Positions 8,879 to 18,505 of a DNA stretch of 64,000 bases are shown here, one piece after another. Both the position numbers and the translations under genes were made by a program. The notes below the pieces were generated by a model. It worked only from the letters and a program-made list of their open reading frames with translations. It ran no database searches and had not been told where the DNA came from. Source of the stretch: a virus. Taxonomy: Duplodnaviria > Caudoviricetes. Numbering within the stretch: the first letter of the stretch is position 1; each line of letters starts with the position of its first letter. Where the stretch lies: the IMG/VR virus record IMGVR_UViG_3300031993_000006, positions 1-64,000 of that record; one strand, written 5' to 3'.

Positions 8879-9568
8879 CTAGACATTTAGGTTTCCGTTG
8901 AATAGCCCGCGCGTGTTCATCTCGTTCGCGATGAACCAATTCACCATATTCCGCTTGCACCAGCTCTCAGCAGCCTGCCACTTGGCATAATTGGTGGCGA
9001 TATCCATGCTTTTTTGCTGGAAGGAACTCATTTTCTTCTTAAAAGCCATTATTTTCTTGTCATCGGCGCAACCCGGAGGCAACGGCTTTGGCGGTTTCGG
9101 CACTACCGAGTAGGAAACCGGCTTGATTTCAATCAGCCACTTCTCTATATGGCCGTCATCATAGGAAATCTCGAGGTAAATATCCGGCTTGTACAGCGAT
9201 TGACGCATCATCACGGGCGAAGAATAGGGTATTTCGAACGGTTCATACGCCCAGCGGATGATTTTCTCGTTTCCGTCGCACAAGACACAGAATTTGCGCT
9301 CCCAATCAGACTTGTAGTGGACAACAACTTGGTCAATTACACCTTTTCCGCCGCATCTAGGGCATTGCTGCCCATTAATAAGACCAGTCCCGCCGCATTC
9401 CGGGCAATCCACCCGCACCACAGCATCACGCAGCATATACTTTTCAGGACGGATGAGCGTATAGGCTCCTTTCTTGGTCCCATTATAGTAGTCGGTACGG
9501 CGCTTACGGCGAGGCTTTGGTGGCTCGCCCTTGATATCCGCCTCAGTTATCTTCTTGCGCCTTCCCAT
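8879..9568 (-). CDS. T4 gp4-like head completion nuclease (TnsA/PD-(D/E)XK) with inserted DnaJ-type zinc finger
   Basis: PEKY...YKSDWERKFC...WAYE..IPY...YKPD...LIEIKP...NYAKW.AA; insert CPECGGTG...CPRCGGKG. Confidence 0.9.
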   Translation of the reverse strand: MGRRKKITEADIKGEPPKPRRKRRTDYYNGTKKGAYTLIRPEKYMLRDAVVRVDCPECGGTGLINGQQCPRCGGKGVIDQVVVHYKSDWERKFCVLCDGNEKIIRWAYEPFEIPYSSPVMMRQSLYKPDIYLEISYDDGHIEKWLIEIKPVSYSVVPKPPKPLPPGCADDKKIMAFKKKMSSFQQKSMDIATNYAKWQAAESWCKRNMVNWFIANEMNTRGLFNGNLNV

Positions 9569-9570
9569 AA

Positions 9571-11439
9571 TTAACCTACCGATGCGTACATCCTTGCGTA
9601 ATAGCCCACAAGGGATTCATTGCTGCGCCGAGTATCCCACTTGATGTCCTGTATCTTGGCCACGCGGGCCGCATCGTAATCGGAATCGACCCAGTAATTC
9701 GCCCCGCGTTCCTCCGGCTCGATTTCGACCGGTTCACGGACGGTAACGGCAGGGAAATTCGTCTCGTACCCGCCATTGAAATCGGCAGAAAGGCCGTTGG
9801 ACTTGTCCCGGACCTCGCGCAACTCGGAAACCGTCTTGTTGCTGATTGCGTAATATCCGGCAAACCTGAGATACTGGTACCATTTCTCGGTAAAATACGA
9901 ATCCTCGTTACACCCGGCCGCAATCGAAAGGCCTATGCCACGGATAAGCTCGTCTTCCTGCTTAGTAAGCGGGTAGTCGCCGACATTGATATCGTTCTCG
10001 CGCTCGGGAGAATCGGAGAATTCCGCCGCCATGCGCACCGGGTCCTCCTCGATTCCCGAAGTAGCCCCGATTGAACCGTCAACAGGAGTCACGTTGTACG
10101 AAGTGTTGCGCATCATATCGGTGTTCCACGCGACCCCGCCCGTACCGTTCAGACCGTAGGTTACCTTGGCGATATCCACCTTGTTCTTCGCCCGTCGGTT
10201 GCAAGCGCGCAGACGGTCGTAAAGGTCGTACCACATCTCGCCGAGTTCCTTGAGGCTAAACGGGGAGTTCCCGACCGCATCTGCCCTCATACAGCACTGG
10301 TAGATGTCACACTCGAATGCCCGGTTCCAGTAATCCCCGGTAAGGCGCATCTCCTCGTTGAACTTCTTTACCTTGTTCTTAATACGCTCGGAAAGCGCCG
10401 GGCAAGGATACTCAAGACAGTTGACCCACATCTTCATACTGGTCATCATATCGAGTACGCTCATCCGGTACACGGTCTTCCCGTCGACCACATCCTTCGT
10501 ATAAAGGAGAAGGCAATCCAGATGAGACGACTTCAGCGGGGAAATCATAAACGATACATCCCACTTCTTGCGAAGCAGGTCAGCAAACTTCTTGATGAGC
10601 CACCGGAACGGAGCAATGAACAGCGTGAAAATCGTATCGATAGCGAGACTGATAGCATCAAAGAACAGAACGATGTACTTCTTGATGTAGGTATCCATGA
10701 TAGCAGACAGACCGGTAGCCAAGTTGAGTCCGTCGATAAACCAGAGCTTGTTGCGGATGCAGCGGATAACCTGGTCAGGGTCGTCTGAAATGCTATTCCC
10801 TTCGGAATCGGTATCGCACCCGGTCACGAATGCGACAAAGCGGCAGATGCACGGGCAGTTCCTGAGGAACCTCTCCATCGATTCCCAGTCGAAATTAAGC
10901 GATAGAGTCAGCATCCCGGAGAAATACTGCTCAATCATATTGTAGACATCAAGAATACACTGGAGTACAGCATCAGTCAAGGACTGCAGCGCAGCCTGCA
11001 TACGCTGGCGGGCATCGTCAATCTTGTCGAACAGCGCGAACGCCGCCTTAGAGATAAGTTCAAGCCAGGAATTCACCGTGCCGAACAAGGTAGTGATAAC
11101 ATCGCAAATCTTCTGGGATACGGAGTTGTTCTGGATAAGGTCGCCGACCTTCACACCGGTCGTTATCGAGTTGAGCATACCGACAACATTGTCTATGGTA
11201 TCGCCCACGCTACGGAGCGACGGGCAGACAGAATACATCCACTCGATAAGGTGGTCGGAACAGTCGTAATTATAGATGGACGCGGCGGTAGCATCAATGG
11301 TCCCCGCGGCCTTGATAACGCTGTCAAGGAAATCACCACCGCCAGTGCCGCCATCGCTGTCACGGGTCACCTGCTTGCCACCTTCGGTACCGGCAAGCGA
11401 CTGTCCGTTCAGGATATCTTCACACTTCTTGATAGACAT
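9571..11439 (-). CDS. Cys-rich helical protein in the baseplate operon
   Basis: 622-aa ORF translationally coupled to the gp5-like gene. Confidence 0.75.
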   Translation of the reverse strand: MSIKKCEDILNGQSLAGTEGGKQVTRDSDGGTGGGDFLDSVIKAAGTIDATAASIYNYDCSDHLIEWMYSVCPSLRSVGDTIDNVVGMLNSITTGVKVGDLIQNNSVSQKICDVITTLFGTVNSWLELISKAAFALFDKIDDARQRMQAALQSLTDAVLQCILDVYNMIEQYFSGMLTLSLNFDWESMERFLRNCPCICRFVAFVTGCDTDSEGNSISDDPDQVIRCIRNKLWFIDGLNLATGLSAIMDTYIKKYIVLFFDAISLAIDTIFTLFIAPFRWLIKKFADLLRKKWDVSFMISPLKSSHLDCLLLYTKDVVDGKTVYRMSVLDMMTSMKMWVNCLEYPCPALSERIKNKVKKFNEEMRLTGDYWNRAFECDIYQCCMRADAVGNSPFSLKELGEMWYDLYDRLRACNRRAKNKVDIAKVTYGLNGTGGVAWNTDMMRNTSYNVTPVDGSIGATSGIEEDPVRMAAEFSDSPERENDINVGDYPLTKQEDELIRGIGLSIAAGCNEDSYFTEKWYQYLRFAGYYAISNKTVSELREVRDKSNGLSADFNGGYETNFPAVTVREPVEIEPEERGANYWVDSDYDAARVAKIQDIKWDTRRSNESLVGYYARMYASVG

Positions 11440-12683
11440 CAGTACGCCCCCTCCAGATTCTTAAGGTTGATGTAGGTAATGAACCTGCTGTCGGCAGGGC
11501 TTAACGGCTTGTAGGCAACGACCTCAATTTCATCAAGCTTTCCCGCCAGCTTGACATGGTTCACGATGTCAAGGAACTTGGACATCTGGTACTTATTCAG
11601 GTTGCCGTCGCCATAGAACACGACACCGACCGCATCGATATTCGGCTTGCCGCGCATATCGGAACCGAGGGTACAGTCATAGGTAATCTCCGCGCACTGG
11701 ATGAACCCGAGATTCTTCGCCTGGGAACGGTCATCGAGAGTAGAAAGCACATCAGGGTTGCCGTCACCGACACCGACAAGGTAATGCGCGCAGTTCTTCG
11801 CGCTGTCATCGGTGTAGTTGGACAGGAATTCTGCCAGCGGGGACTTGCCCGTAGCGCTGACGACAATACGCACATTGGTCTTGCCACCACGGCGCTTTGC
11901 AGCGGGCGATTCGAGGAACGGAATCTCGTATCTCGAATCCTTGCCGACGATTTCCCGTCTCTGCTGGCCGTCAACCTCCTCATCCTTGACAGCCTTGACC
12001 ACGGTACTCGTCGCCCCGCCATTGCCACGGATGGCATCCACGGTAGCCTTCGAGATATGCGGAACCTTGAAATACTCGGAACCAGCACGGGCTGCCGTGC
12101 CCGAACCGCCCACCGGACGGCATGTGAATATATCTATCGTCGCCTCGGTAAGCACAGGAATAGGCCCGGTGCCGGGTTCATCGGAAGCATTGGATGATGA
12201 CAGCAGGACTTCTCCCGCGGCGTTCCACAGGAGTTCCGAATTGTTGCCCGGGTTCTTGACCACGGACATATGCGAACGCCTGTTATGCACATAGGTATAG
12301 TTGGCTTCACCAAGATTCGCCACGGCGACATCGGGATAGTCAGCAACATATTCCGCCGGGAGGAAATCCCTAGTCTGCGACATCGCATAGTACATCCCCT
12401 GGTTGATATCCCCGTTGTTGAACTTGACCAGAAGCCAAAATCCCTTCTGAGGAACCTGTATGAGCCCGTCATGAAGTTGCGGGGCGAACCAGGGCTGGTT
12501 CTTGTCCTGCCACGAGTCGGTAACGCCGCTCACTCGCGCCTGCACGAAGCCCGCGCGGTTTGGGTCGACCGAGTTGCCGACAACCTGTGCGTAATAGTAT
12601 GAAAAATCAAGACGGTTCCTGGTCTGCTGACCCGGAGCAAATTCCTCTTCCCAAGGCATCCTCTGTGAATTATCGCCGCTCAT
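11439..12683 (-). CDS. gp5/VgrG-like baseplate spike protein with degenerate C-terminal Amidase_2-like domain
   Basis: OB motif YYAQVVGNSVDPNRAGFVQARVSGV...VP.KG...LVKF.NGD. C-terminal RIVVSAT...AHYLVG..DG...NIDAVGV. Confidence 0.75.
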   Translation of the reverse strand: MSGDNSQRMPWEEEFAPGQQTRNRLDFSYYYAQVVGNSVDPNRAGFVQARVSGVTDSWQDKNQPWFAPQLHDGLIQVPQKGFWLLVKFNNGDINQGMYYAMSQTRDFLPAEYVADYPDVAVANLGEANYTYVHNRRSHMSVVKNPGNNSELLWNAAGEVLLSSSNASDEPGTGPIPVLTEATIDIFTCRPVGGSGTAARAGSEYFKVPHISKATVDAIRGNGGATSTVVKAVKDEEVDGQQRREIVGKDSRYEIPFLESPAAKRRGGKTNVRIVVSATGKSPLAEFLSNYTDDSAKNCAHYLVGVGDGNPDVLSTLDDRSQAKNLGFIQCAEITYDCTLGSDMRGKPNIDAVGVVFYGDGNLNKYQMSKFLDIVNHVKLAGKLDEIEVVAYKPLSPADSRFITYINLKNLEGAY

Positions 12684-14026
12684 TAGGTAGTACCGCCTTT
12701 CTTCAGTTTTTCGGTGATGGACTGAGCAAGCGTCAAGACCGACTTGTAATCGGGGCTAAGCATGCCAGCATACCCGTTATTCGAAACCATCGTAATCTCA
12801 GTAACCAAGTTCGTAGTGTTTTCCGAACGGGCCTTCCCGAGCATACCCGTGGCCACCTCGGCAGACTTCGCTATGCGCTTTCCGACAACGATGTACCTTG
12901 CCGTGTAGTTCTCGTCAGGGAGGAAGTCCCCGCTTCTCAGCTTGGCCGAAGCCGCATAGAAATGTACACATTCCCCAAGTGCCGGGCCCGGGTGGTTGAA
13001 TATCTGCACCTTGACCATCTTGGAGTATTCCGCAAGGAGGTAACTACGGACAAACGGTGCAATCGCATAGGTCTTGTGAGTGTTCGCAGGGAACGGCTTC
13101 ACTACATGCTGCTTGCCGAAATCAGACTTCTCCATATAGCTCGCGTCACCGCCCATAGCCCCAAGGATAGACCTCCAGCATTCACCCGTGCAGTCGCCGG
13201 TTTCTTTTGCAGAACCAGTAGCGGTACTGTCGATAATCAAGTTAGGAGAACGGGCTTCACGGGTAGCGCCGGCAAGGTCGCTCGGGATGTACCCGGAATA
13301 GTACCAGATGTTGGTATCGGTACCTTTTACCTTTGCCGTGGCCGATGCAGTAGTGGTTACCGCATCAGAGGTATACATGAAGAAATGCTTGGTCTTGGCC
13401 GCCTTGGAAACATTGAATGTACCGATACGGTAGCCGAGCGCGGCATCGTCGTACGCCCAATACAACACGTCGCCCGGGATGGAAGCGTGTTCCACGATAT
13501 CCTGCAGATATTCGTCAAGACTCCCCTCCACAAGGCGCCATGTCATATTGTCGCTTATCGAGCCCGGGCTCTTGCCTGCAGACGCATAGTCCACCGGCTC
13601 GATTCCGGCAACCTTGAACACCTGATTCATGGCCTCGACACTAGTCCCGTCTATCGCAAGGGATTCAAGGTGCTTCTGCATCTCTTCAGTGCCGATGATA
13701 AAGGTAAGGTCAATCGATGCGAGGTCCTGCCCGATTTCCGAGCGGGTGGCCGCAAGGATGTATATCGGGAGAGTCAACGGGTCACCTGGTCTCACGCCCT
13801 CAACAATCATCGAACCGTATGTACCGCTCCCGGGGTTGCACGTGCTGTCCGTAGGGCCTACTATGGTAGCCGAGCCATAAGGAAGATGGTTCAGTGGTTC
13901 ATTGAAGAGAAATGAGTGAATAGAGGCATCGTTGAACACAACGGTCTCTGGTGTTTCGCCTTCCTTGACCACCTTCGGGATGGCAAAACTTATCGAATAT
14001 CGCTCACCTACCTTTGACTTAGCCAT
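12683..14026 (-). CDS. Baseplate hub protein (gp27/GpD-like)
   Basis: Size, position between gp53-like and gp5-like genes, and C-terminal G..V.F...DENYTARYIV pattern. Confidence 0.55.
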   Translation of the reverse strand: MAKSKVGERYSISFAIPKVVKEGETPETVVFNDASIHSFLFNEPLNHLPYGSATIVGPTDSTCNPGSGTYGSMIVEGVRPGDPLTLPIYILAATRSEIGQDLASIDLTFIIGTEEMQKHLESLAIDGTSVEAMNQVFKVAGIEPVDYASAGKSPGSISDNMTWRLVEGSLDEYLQDIVEHASIPGDVLYWAYDDAALGYRIGTFNVSKAAKTKHFFMYTSDAVTTTASATAKVKGTDTNIWYYSGYIPSDLAGATREARSPNLIIDSTATGSAKETGDCTGECWRSILGAMGGDASYMEKSDFGKQHVVKPFPANTHKTYAIAPFVRSYLLAEYSKMVKVQIFNHPGPALGECVHFYAASAKLRSGDFLPDENYTARYIVVGKRIAKSAEVATGMLGKARSENTTNLVTEITMVSNNGYAGMLSPDYKSVLTLAQSITEKLKKGGTT

Positions 14027-14472
14027 TAGTCTTCCTCGTCATCGACATCCTTGAGTGTATTGAACCGTTCGTACCAAGCTACCGCAGTATTCGGCGTAGG
14101 GACAAACATAATCCTTCCCGGCGTTACATCGGTGATGTTTCCATCGGCCATATTGCCGTAGGACTTCCAGTCCCGCTCCCCATTTACGCGAAGCTCGTCG
14201 ATTAAGTCGGCTTCCTTCTTCACCCTGGACTTCTTTACACCCCTTAAAACTAGCTCATTTTCAAGGGCTTCTCGTGCCGGTCGGATACCCGGCCGAGTAC
14301 TGAACGCATCGACAATCCCGTTGGCCGCAGCGAATATCTTGTACGCGCGAGGTTCACCATACAAGTCCTGGACGATATAGTCCAGCCGCCCCGCCTGATA
14401 AGATGGGACTACAAAAGTATCAGCATATTCAAAATTCCGGGTACGAATCCTCGGGAAACTTTCCTTAGCCAT
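14026..14472 (-). CDS. Baseplate wedge gp53/LysM-like protein
   Basis: GRLDYIVQDLYGEP...IFAAANGIVD...PGRIMFVP. Confidence 0.75.
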   Translation of the reverse strand: MAKESFPRIRTRNFEYADTFVVPSYQAGRLDYIVQDLYGEPRAYKIFAAANGIVDAFSTRPGIRPAREALENELVLRGVKKSRVKKEADLIDELRVNGERDWKSYGNMADGNITDVTPGRIMFVPTPNTAVAWYERFNTLKDVDDEED

Positions 14473-14475
14473 ATC

Positions 14476-15720
14476 TTATTTCCCCTTCTTCATTTTAGGT
14501 TTATTGGCCGCATTGTTGGCTCCACCGGTCACTTTACCACCCGTTGAGCGAGTAGTGTTCGGCTCAGTCTTTTTTCCCTTCGCTGATTTGGCCTTAGTCG
14601 ATTTGTCGTCAACTGTCTTCTCCGATTCGCCCACGGTATACCCGACATTGAACACATCGTCGCCAAGCCACTGCACAAATCCCTTGTTCGGGTCAGGATT
14701 CATCCACATGGCGAATGTGATGTTGGCCGTAACGAACAGCGGAATGTTCGAGCCATCGGTCGTCATGAACTGTTCCTTGCTGCCGGTAATCTGTACATTA
14801 GTAATGACCAATGGTTCAATATCAAGGATATGCCCTAGAGTTAACCGGACAGGCAACGGGGTAGATGTAAGAGAACCACCAAAGAACGAATTTAGGTCGA
14901 CCGCACCATTGATTACATCATCGAGGAAAGTACCATTGAATACAAAATCAAACATTCCAGCACCAAGGTCAGCCGCTCCACCAATAGCCCCTGTAACCAA
15001 TCCTCCTATTCTATTCGTTATGGAGCGGACAGTGCCGCCTTCTACATTGTCAGTAGCCTTAAACGATTCGGTAACATTCCGGCGAATTTGCCTTAAGGCT
15101 TCAGCAATTTTTGCGCCATAATCTTTCCGGTTAGCCAAATCAAAATTACGCACATACGCCATCTTCAGCAGTCGAGAAATACCAACTCGAGCCTGTGCTT
15201 CCATTTCCGGCATATACCAAGAACACTTGATTGTCTTATTGAATGCAAAGGTAGACTTGCGGAAAGTCTTCATCGTACACGACCCGGTACTGGAATTATC
15301 AAGTCCCATAAACCCAGCCAGCTTATTGCCATATTCAGCAATTTTAGCTGCTTTGCCCGCAATCCCGCCAACCAGCGGTACATTTTTAACAGACTTGGCA
15401 ACGCCATCCAAAGTAGCCTTGCTATCCTCTTCCCAGCTAGCCTGTAAGTCAAAACCGATATCACCCTGCTGTGCCGGGTCAAAGAAAGCATAGAACGGAG
15501 CGATAGCATCTGGCGTCGACAACGAACTTGTCAACTGTGAACGGAATCCGTCCATAATACTATGGAACTTCCCAAGATACTGGGCCTTGGCGTTAGGTGA
15601 CATAATTTCAATACGGACAACATTCGGCAACGGAAGTACATCCGAATGATACTGCTGACCAAGGACATTTCCGTGGTTCGGGAACATCTTGTAACGGGTT
15701 ATAGTACTCGGCTCTGCCAT
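14476..15720 (-). CDS. Baseplate/tail-tube cap (gp48/CIS-tube-like)
   Basis: PLPVRLTLG...PLVITNVQIT...PLFVTANITF; lies downstream of the tape measure gene. Confidence 0.6.
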   Translation of the reverse strand: MAEPSTITRYKMFPNHGNVLGQQYHSDVLPLPNVVRIEIMSPNAKAQYLGKFHSIMDGFRSQLTSSLSTPDAIAPFYAFFDPAQQGDIGFDLQASWEEDSKATLDGVAKSVKNVPLVGGIAGKAAKIAEYGNKLAGFMGLDNSSTGSCTMKTFRKSTFAFNKTIKCSWYMPEMEAQARVGISRLLKMAYVRNFDLANRKDYGAKIAEALRQIRRNVTESFKATDNVEGGTVRSITNRIGGLVTGAIGGAADLGAGMFDFVFNGTFLDDVINGAVDLNSFFGGSLTSTPLPVRLTLGHILDIEPLVITNVQITGSKEQFMTTDGSNIPLFVTANITFAMWMNPDPNKGFVQWLGDDVFNVGYTVGESEKTVDDKSTKAKSAKGKKTEPNTTRSTGGKVTGGANNAANKPKMKKGK

Positions 15721-15722
15721 TA

Positions 15723-17735
15723 TTACTTCCTCCCGACGAGAGACTCATTTATCATCTCGCCTTGCTTTCTTGCATTCTGTTCGTTCTGGTCCTGTACTTC
15801 ACGGTCCATCAACGCTCGCTTTGAACCATTGTACATAGCTTCTTCAAGACGCTTAGTCTGTTCCTCGTTAGTAATCACCTTGCTTGTGTCTACATTTGCC
15901 GCCGGAGTAGCTACAGTATCCTGCTGAGTCTGGGATTCAGGATTTGCGTTTGACATTACCTTCATGCGCTTCCTGTCCTCGTATTCCTTGCTAAAGCGGT
16001 TCATCTTAGTGGTATCATTAACATCCACCCCAGCCTCTCTAGCAGCATCGGTCATACGCTTCAGCTTACGATTAGCCAATTGACGGTCCAAATTAGCAGC
16101 ATCGGCGGCTTCCTGCTTCTCATCAAGTTCAGTCCTCACACCAACCGCATGGCCTATCGAATTTTTAAACCCTACCCACCAGCTATTTTTTGCCTCATCC
16201 AACTCCTGGTCAGCCTTCATGCTCTTTGCAGTGGCATCGCGCGCTTCGTCATTCCACCCGACCTTCTTTTTCTCATTAGCGGCAATTCCATCAGCATAAA
16301 TCTGTTGGCGAACTTTCTCAGCTTCTTCGGCCGAAGCTATCCACTCTTTGGCCAGCATACTAGCCTGTACGATTTTTGCACCGGCCGCCAAAGTAGCTGC
16401 ACCTAGAGCGGCATACGCGCCGCCCTTCATCATAGACATACCGGTACCGCCTGTCCCAATCGAAGATTTCAAATCTTCAAGCAAATCGCCACCATTGGCT
16501 TTCTTAAAGAACTTGGTACCTTCCTGATAAAATTCAGGGCGCAACCGCGTGTCAAGATTGCGTTGAATATCCTGAGCTTCCTTATTATCGCGAACTTCCT
16601 TAACGGCACCACCTTCAACAGGACGGGACATTTCCACCGGCTCGTTAAGGTCACCGGTAACATCCTGTGTTCTTCTGCGGTCATCACCTATTACACTCTG
16701 TATAGAACGATTCGAAGCTAGCATTATCGAATCTTTACGTCCAACAATGCCCGGCGCAAATTCGTCCGGCTTCTTTGACACCGTACTTTCAAGGGAATCC
16801 ATTATCTTCACCGGTAATGGCAACTGCAATCCCTGTGGCATCCATGTACCACCCTGAACAGGCCCTGCATTCGGTTGCCCGGGCTTGCCACCAGGAACCG
16901 GAACCTTTGCATTACCCTGCCCGACTTCAACAAGGTCAGCAAATGGGTCCGCCTTGCGCTCGTCAATACGCTTCTCAGCATCCTTGATTATCTGAGTGCG
17001 CTCCTGGAGCTCGGCGAGAATCCGCTGCATCTTCTCGTCGTTCTGGCCATCGATATTTTTAGACTTCAAGGCACGATACTGTGCCGACAGCTGGTCGACC
17101 TGCTTCTTTTCGCGCTTGATTGTTCCCTGGTCCTTCTGGATAGCCTTTTCCTCGGCCTTCTGCGCACGGGTACCCGCGGAGAACCTATCCAGTATACCAC
17201 GAACATCCTTGGTAACACCCAAAGTAAGGGTATCGAGGACCTTCTGGCCTGTAGTCCGCTCATCTACATCACTGTTGGCTGCACTCCGGATAGTTGCCGA
17301 AGAAAGAGAATCCTTCAGCAACTTCTGCACACCGCTATCATTGAATGTAGCCTTAAGAGCTTCAGTCTGTACATCTATAGGCGACTTGCTTACAGGGGAG
17401 AATGCCTGTGACCAAAAATCGGCCTGCCCCCTGACAGGTTCGGCACCGCTACGCCGCATCGCATCGGCATTCTGTTCCTTGGCGTTTTCATAGATGCGAC
17501 GGTCGGATTCGGCCTTCTTCAGCGCGGACTCCATCGAAGACGACAACGCGCCCACCATGCCGGCAAAGAACTTGCTCTGCGGATTGGTAAGGGTATCCTC
17601 GATATCCGATAACCCCTTGTTCAGCGTCGATGCGGTACCGGAAATACCCTGCAGTTTACCGTTAAGTTCCTGCAATGCGGCAGTAACCTTGTCGTATCCG
17701 CCCGTGTTACCATATGTCTGTGTATTGTCGGCCAT
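15723..17735 (-). CDS. Tape measure-like protein
   Basis: 670 aa, helical/coiled-coil with an Ala/Gly-rich hydrophobic segment. First gene of the baseplate operon, TATAAACT at 17759-17766 (minus). Confidence 0.6.
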   Translation of the reverse strand: MADNTQTYGNTGGYDKVTAALQELNGKLQGISGTASTLNKGLSDIEDTLTNPQSKFFAGMVGALSSSMESALKKAESDRRIYENAKEQNADAMRRSGAEPVRGQADFWSQAFSPVSKSPIDVQTEALKATFNDSGVQKLLKDSLSSATIRSAANSDVDERTTGQKVLDTLTLGVTKDVRGILDRFSAGTRAQKAEEKAIQKDQGTIKREKKQVDQLSAQYRALKSKNIDGQNDEKMQRILAELQERTQIIKDAEKRIDERKADPFADLVEVGQGNAKVPVPGGKPGQPNAGPVQGGTWMPQGLQLPLPVKIMDSLESTVSKKPDEFAPGIVGRKDSIMLASNRSIQSVIGDDRRRTQDVTGDLNEPVEMSRPVEGGAVKEVRDNKEAQDIQRNLDTRLRPEFYQEGTKFFKKANGGDLLEDLKSSIGTGGTGMSMMKGGAYAALGAATLAAGAKIVQASMLAKEWIASAEEAEKVRQQIYADGIAANEKKKVGWNDEARDATAKSMKADQELDEAKNSWWVGFKNSIGHAVGVRTELDEKQEAADAANLDRQLANRKLKRMTDAAREAGVDVNDTTKMNRFSKEYEDRKRMKVMSNANPESQTQQDTVATPAANVDTSKVITNEEQTKRLEEAMYNGSKRALMDREVQDQNEQNARKQGEMINESLVGRK

Positions 17736-17772
17736 AGCGCTTCAAACCTCAATTACACAGTTTATACAGCAA

Positions 17773-17795
17773 CGGCCGCCCGAAGGGGGCGGCCG
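17773..17795 (-). terminator. GC-rich hairpin after the nucleotidase gene
   Basis: CGGCCGCCC-GAAGG-GGGCGGCCG. Confidence 0.6.
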
Positions 17796-17802
17796 CATGC
17801 CA

Positions 17803-18291
17803 TCAGAGAAGCTTCAGTATGTCTTCCAGCGCCTGCTGGGGATTCTTGTAAAGCACCCCCAACCCGCCAGCTTCACGGAATTCATCTATGTTTTTAGGAG
17901 TATCGTCCACGAGGATGCGCCCGGGAGCAGCAAACCGCTTCTTATCCTCTCCCTTACGGACGATGATGAGGTGTTCGTTATCCAGGTCGGTATTCCAGTG
18001 AACCCAGAGGCATTTCCCGCGAACACCCGCCGGAATCTCAATAGCGGTCAGGATACCCATCTCGATACCTGCAGTATGGCAAAGGTCACGGCAATTCTCG
18101 TAGAACTTGTCCGCACCCGGCATCCACTTCATGTTAGCCCAGAAGTCAGGACCGATTTCCCTTGCGATATTCCAGTCGATGGCATCCGGGTTCTTCCCGG
18201 GCGCCTTCCGTGCGCCGAACTCGTCGACCCGAGAATCGAAGTCAACAAGTACGCCGTCCATATCAAGATAAAGTCTGCTTACCTTACTCAT
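17803..18291 (-). CDS. HAD-family 5'(3')-deoxyribonucleotidase
   Basis: LYLDMDGVLVDF, ILTA, ILVDD. Start at 18291, just behind TTGCTATATTTG (18299-18310). Confidence 0.9.
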   Translation of the reverse strand: MSKVSRLYLDMDGVLVDFDSRVDEFGARKAPGKNPDAIDWNIAREIGPDFWANMKWMPGADKFYENCRDLCHTAGIEMGILTAIEIPAGVRGKCLWVHWNTDLDNEHLIIVRKGEDKKRFAAPGRILVDDTPKNIDEFREAGGLGVLYKNPQQALEDILKLL

Positions 18292-18310
18292 ATCATACCA
18301 AATATAGCAA

Positions 18311-18505
18311 TTACAAATTTTCCAAGTCAACCATATTGTCTTCCTTCTTGCCGTAAAGGTCGACAAAGCGGTCACATGCATACTGTGCCAGCTCGAGGAA
18401 GTCCGGGAAGAACATCCGGTCGCAGTCGGCAAATGTATGCGATGTAATCTCCGAGATGATGCACTTGTCCTTCAGTATCTCCTTACGGCTATAGCGAGGC
18501 CACAA
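18311..18505 (-). CDS. Small gp51/tail-chaperone-T-like ORF, possibly reached by frameshift
   Basis: Overlaps the end of 18489-20372 in the +1 frame; TTG start without an RBS. Confidence 0.55.
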   Translation of the reverse strand: MWPRYSRKEILKDKCIISEITSHTFADCDRMFFPDFLELAQYACDRFVDLYGKKEDNMVDLENL

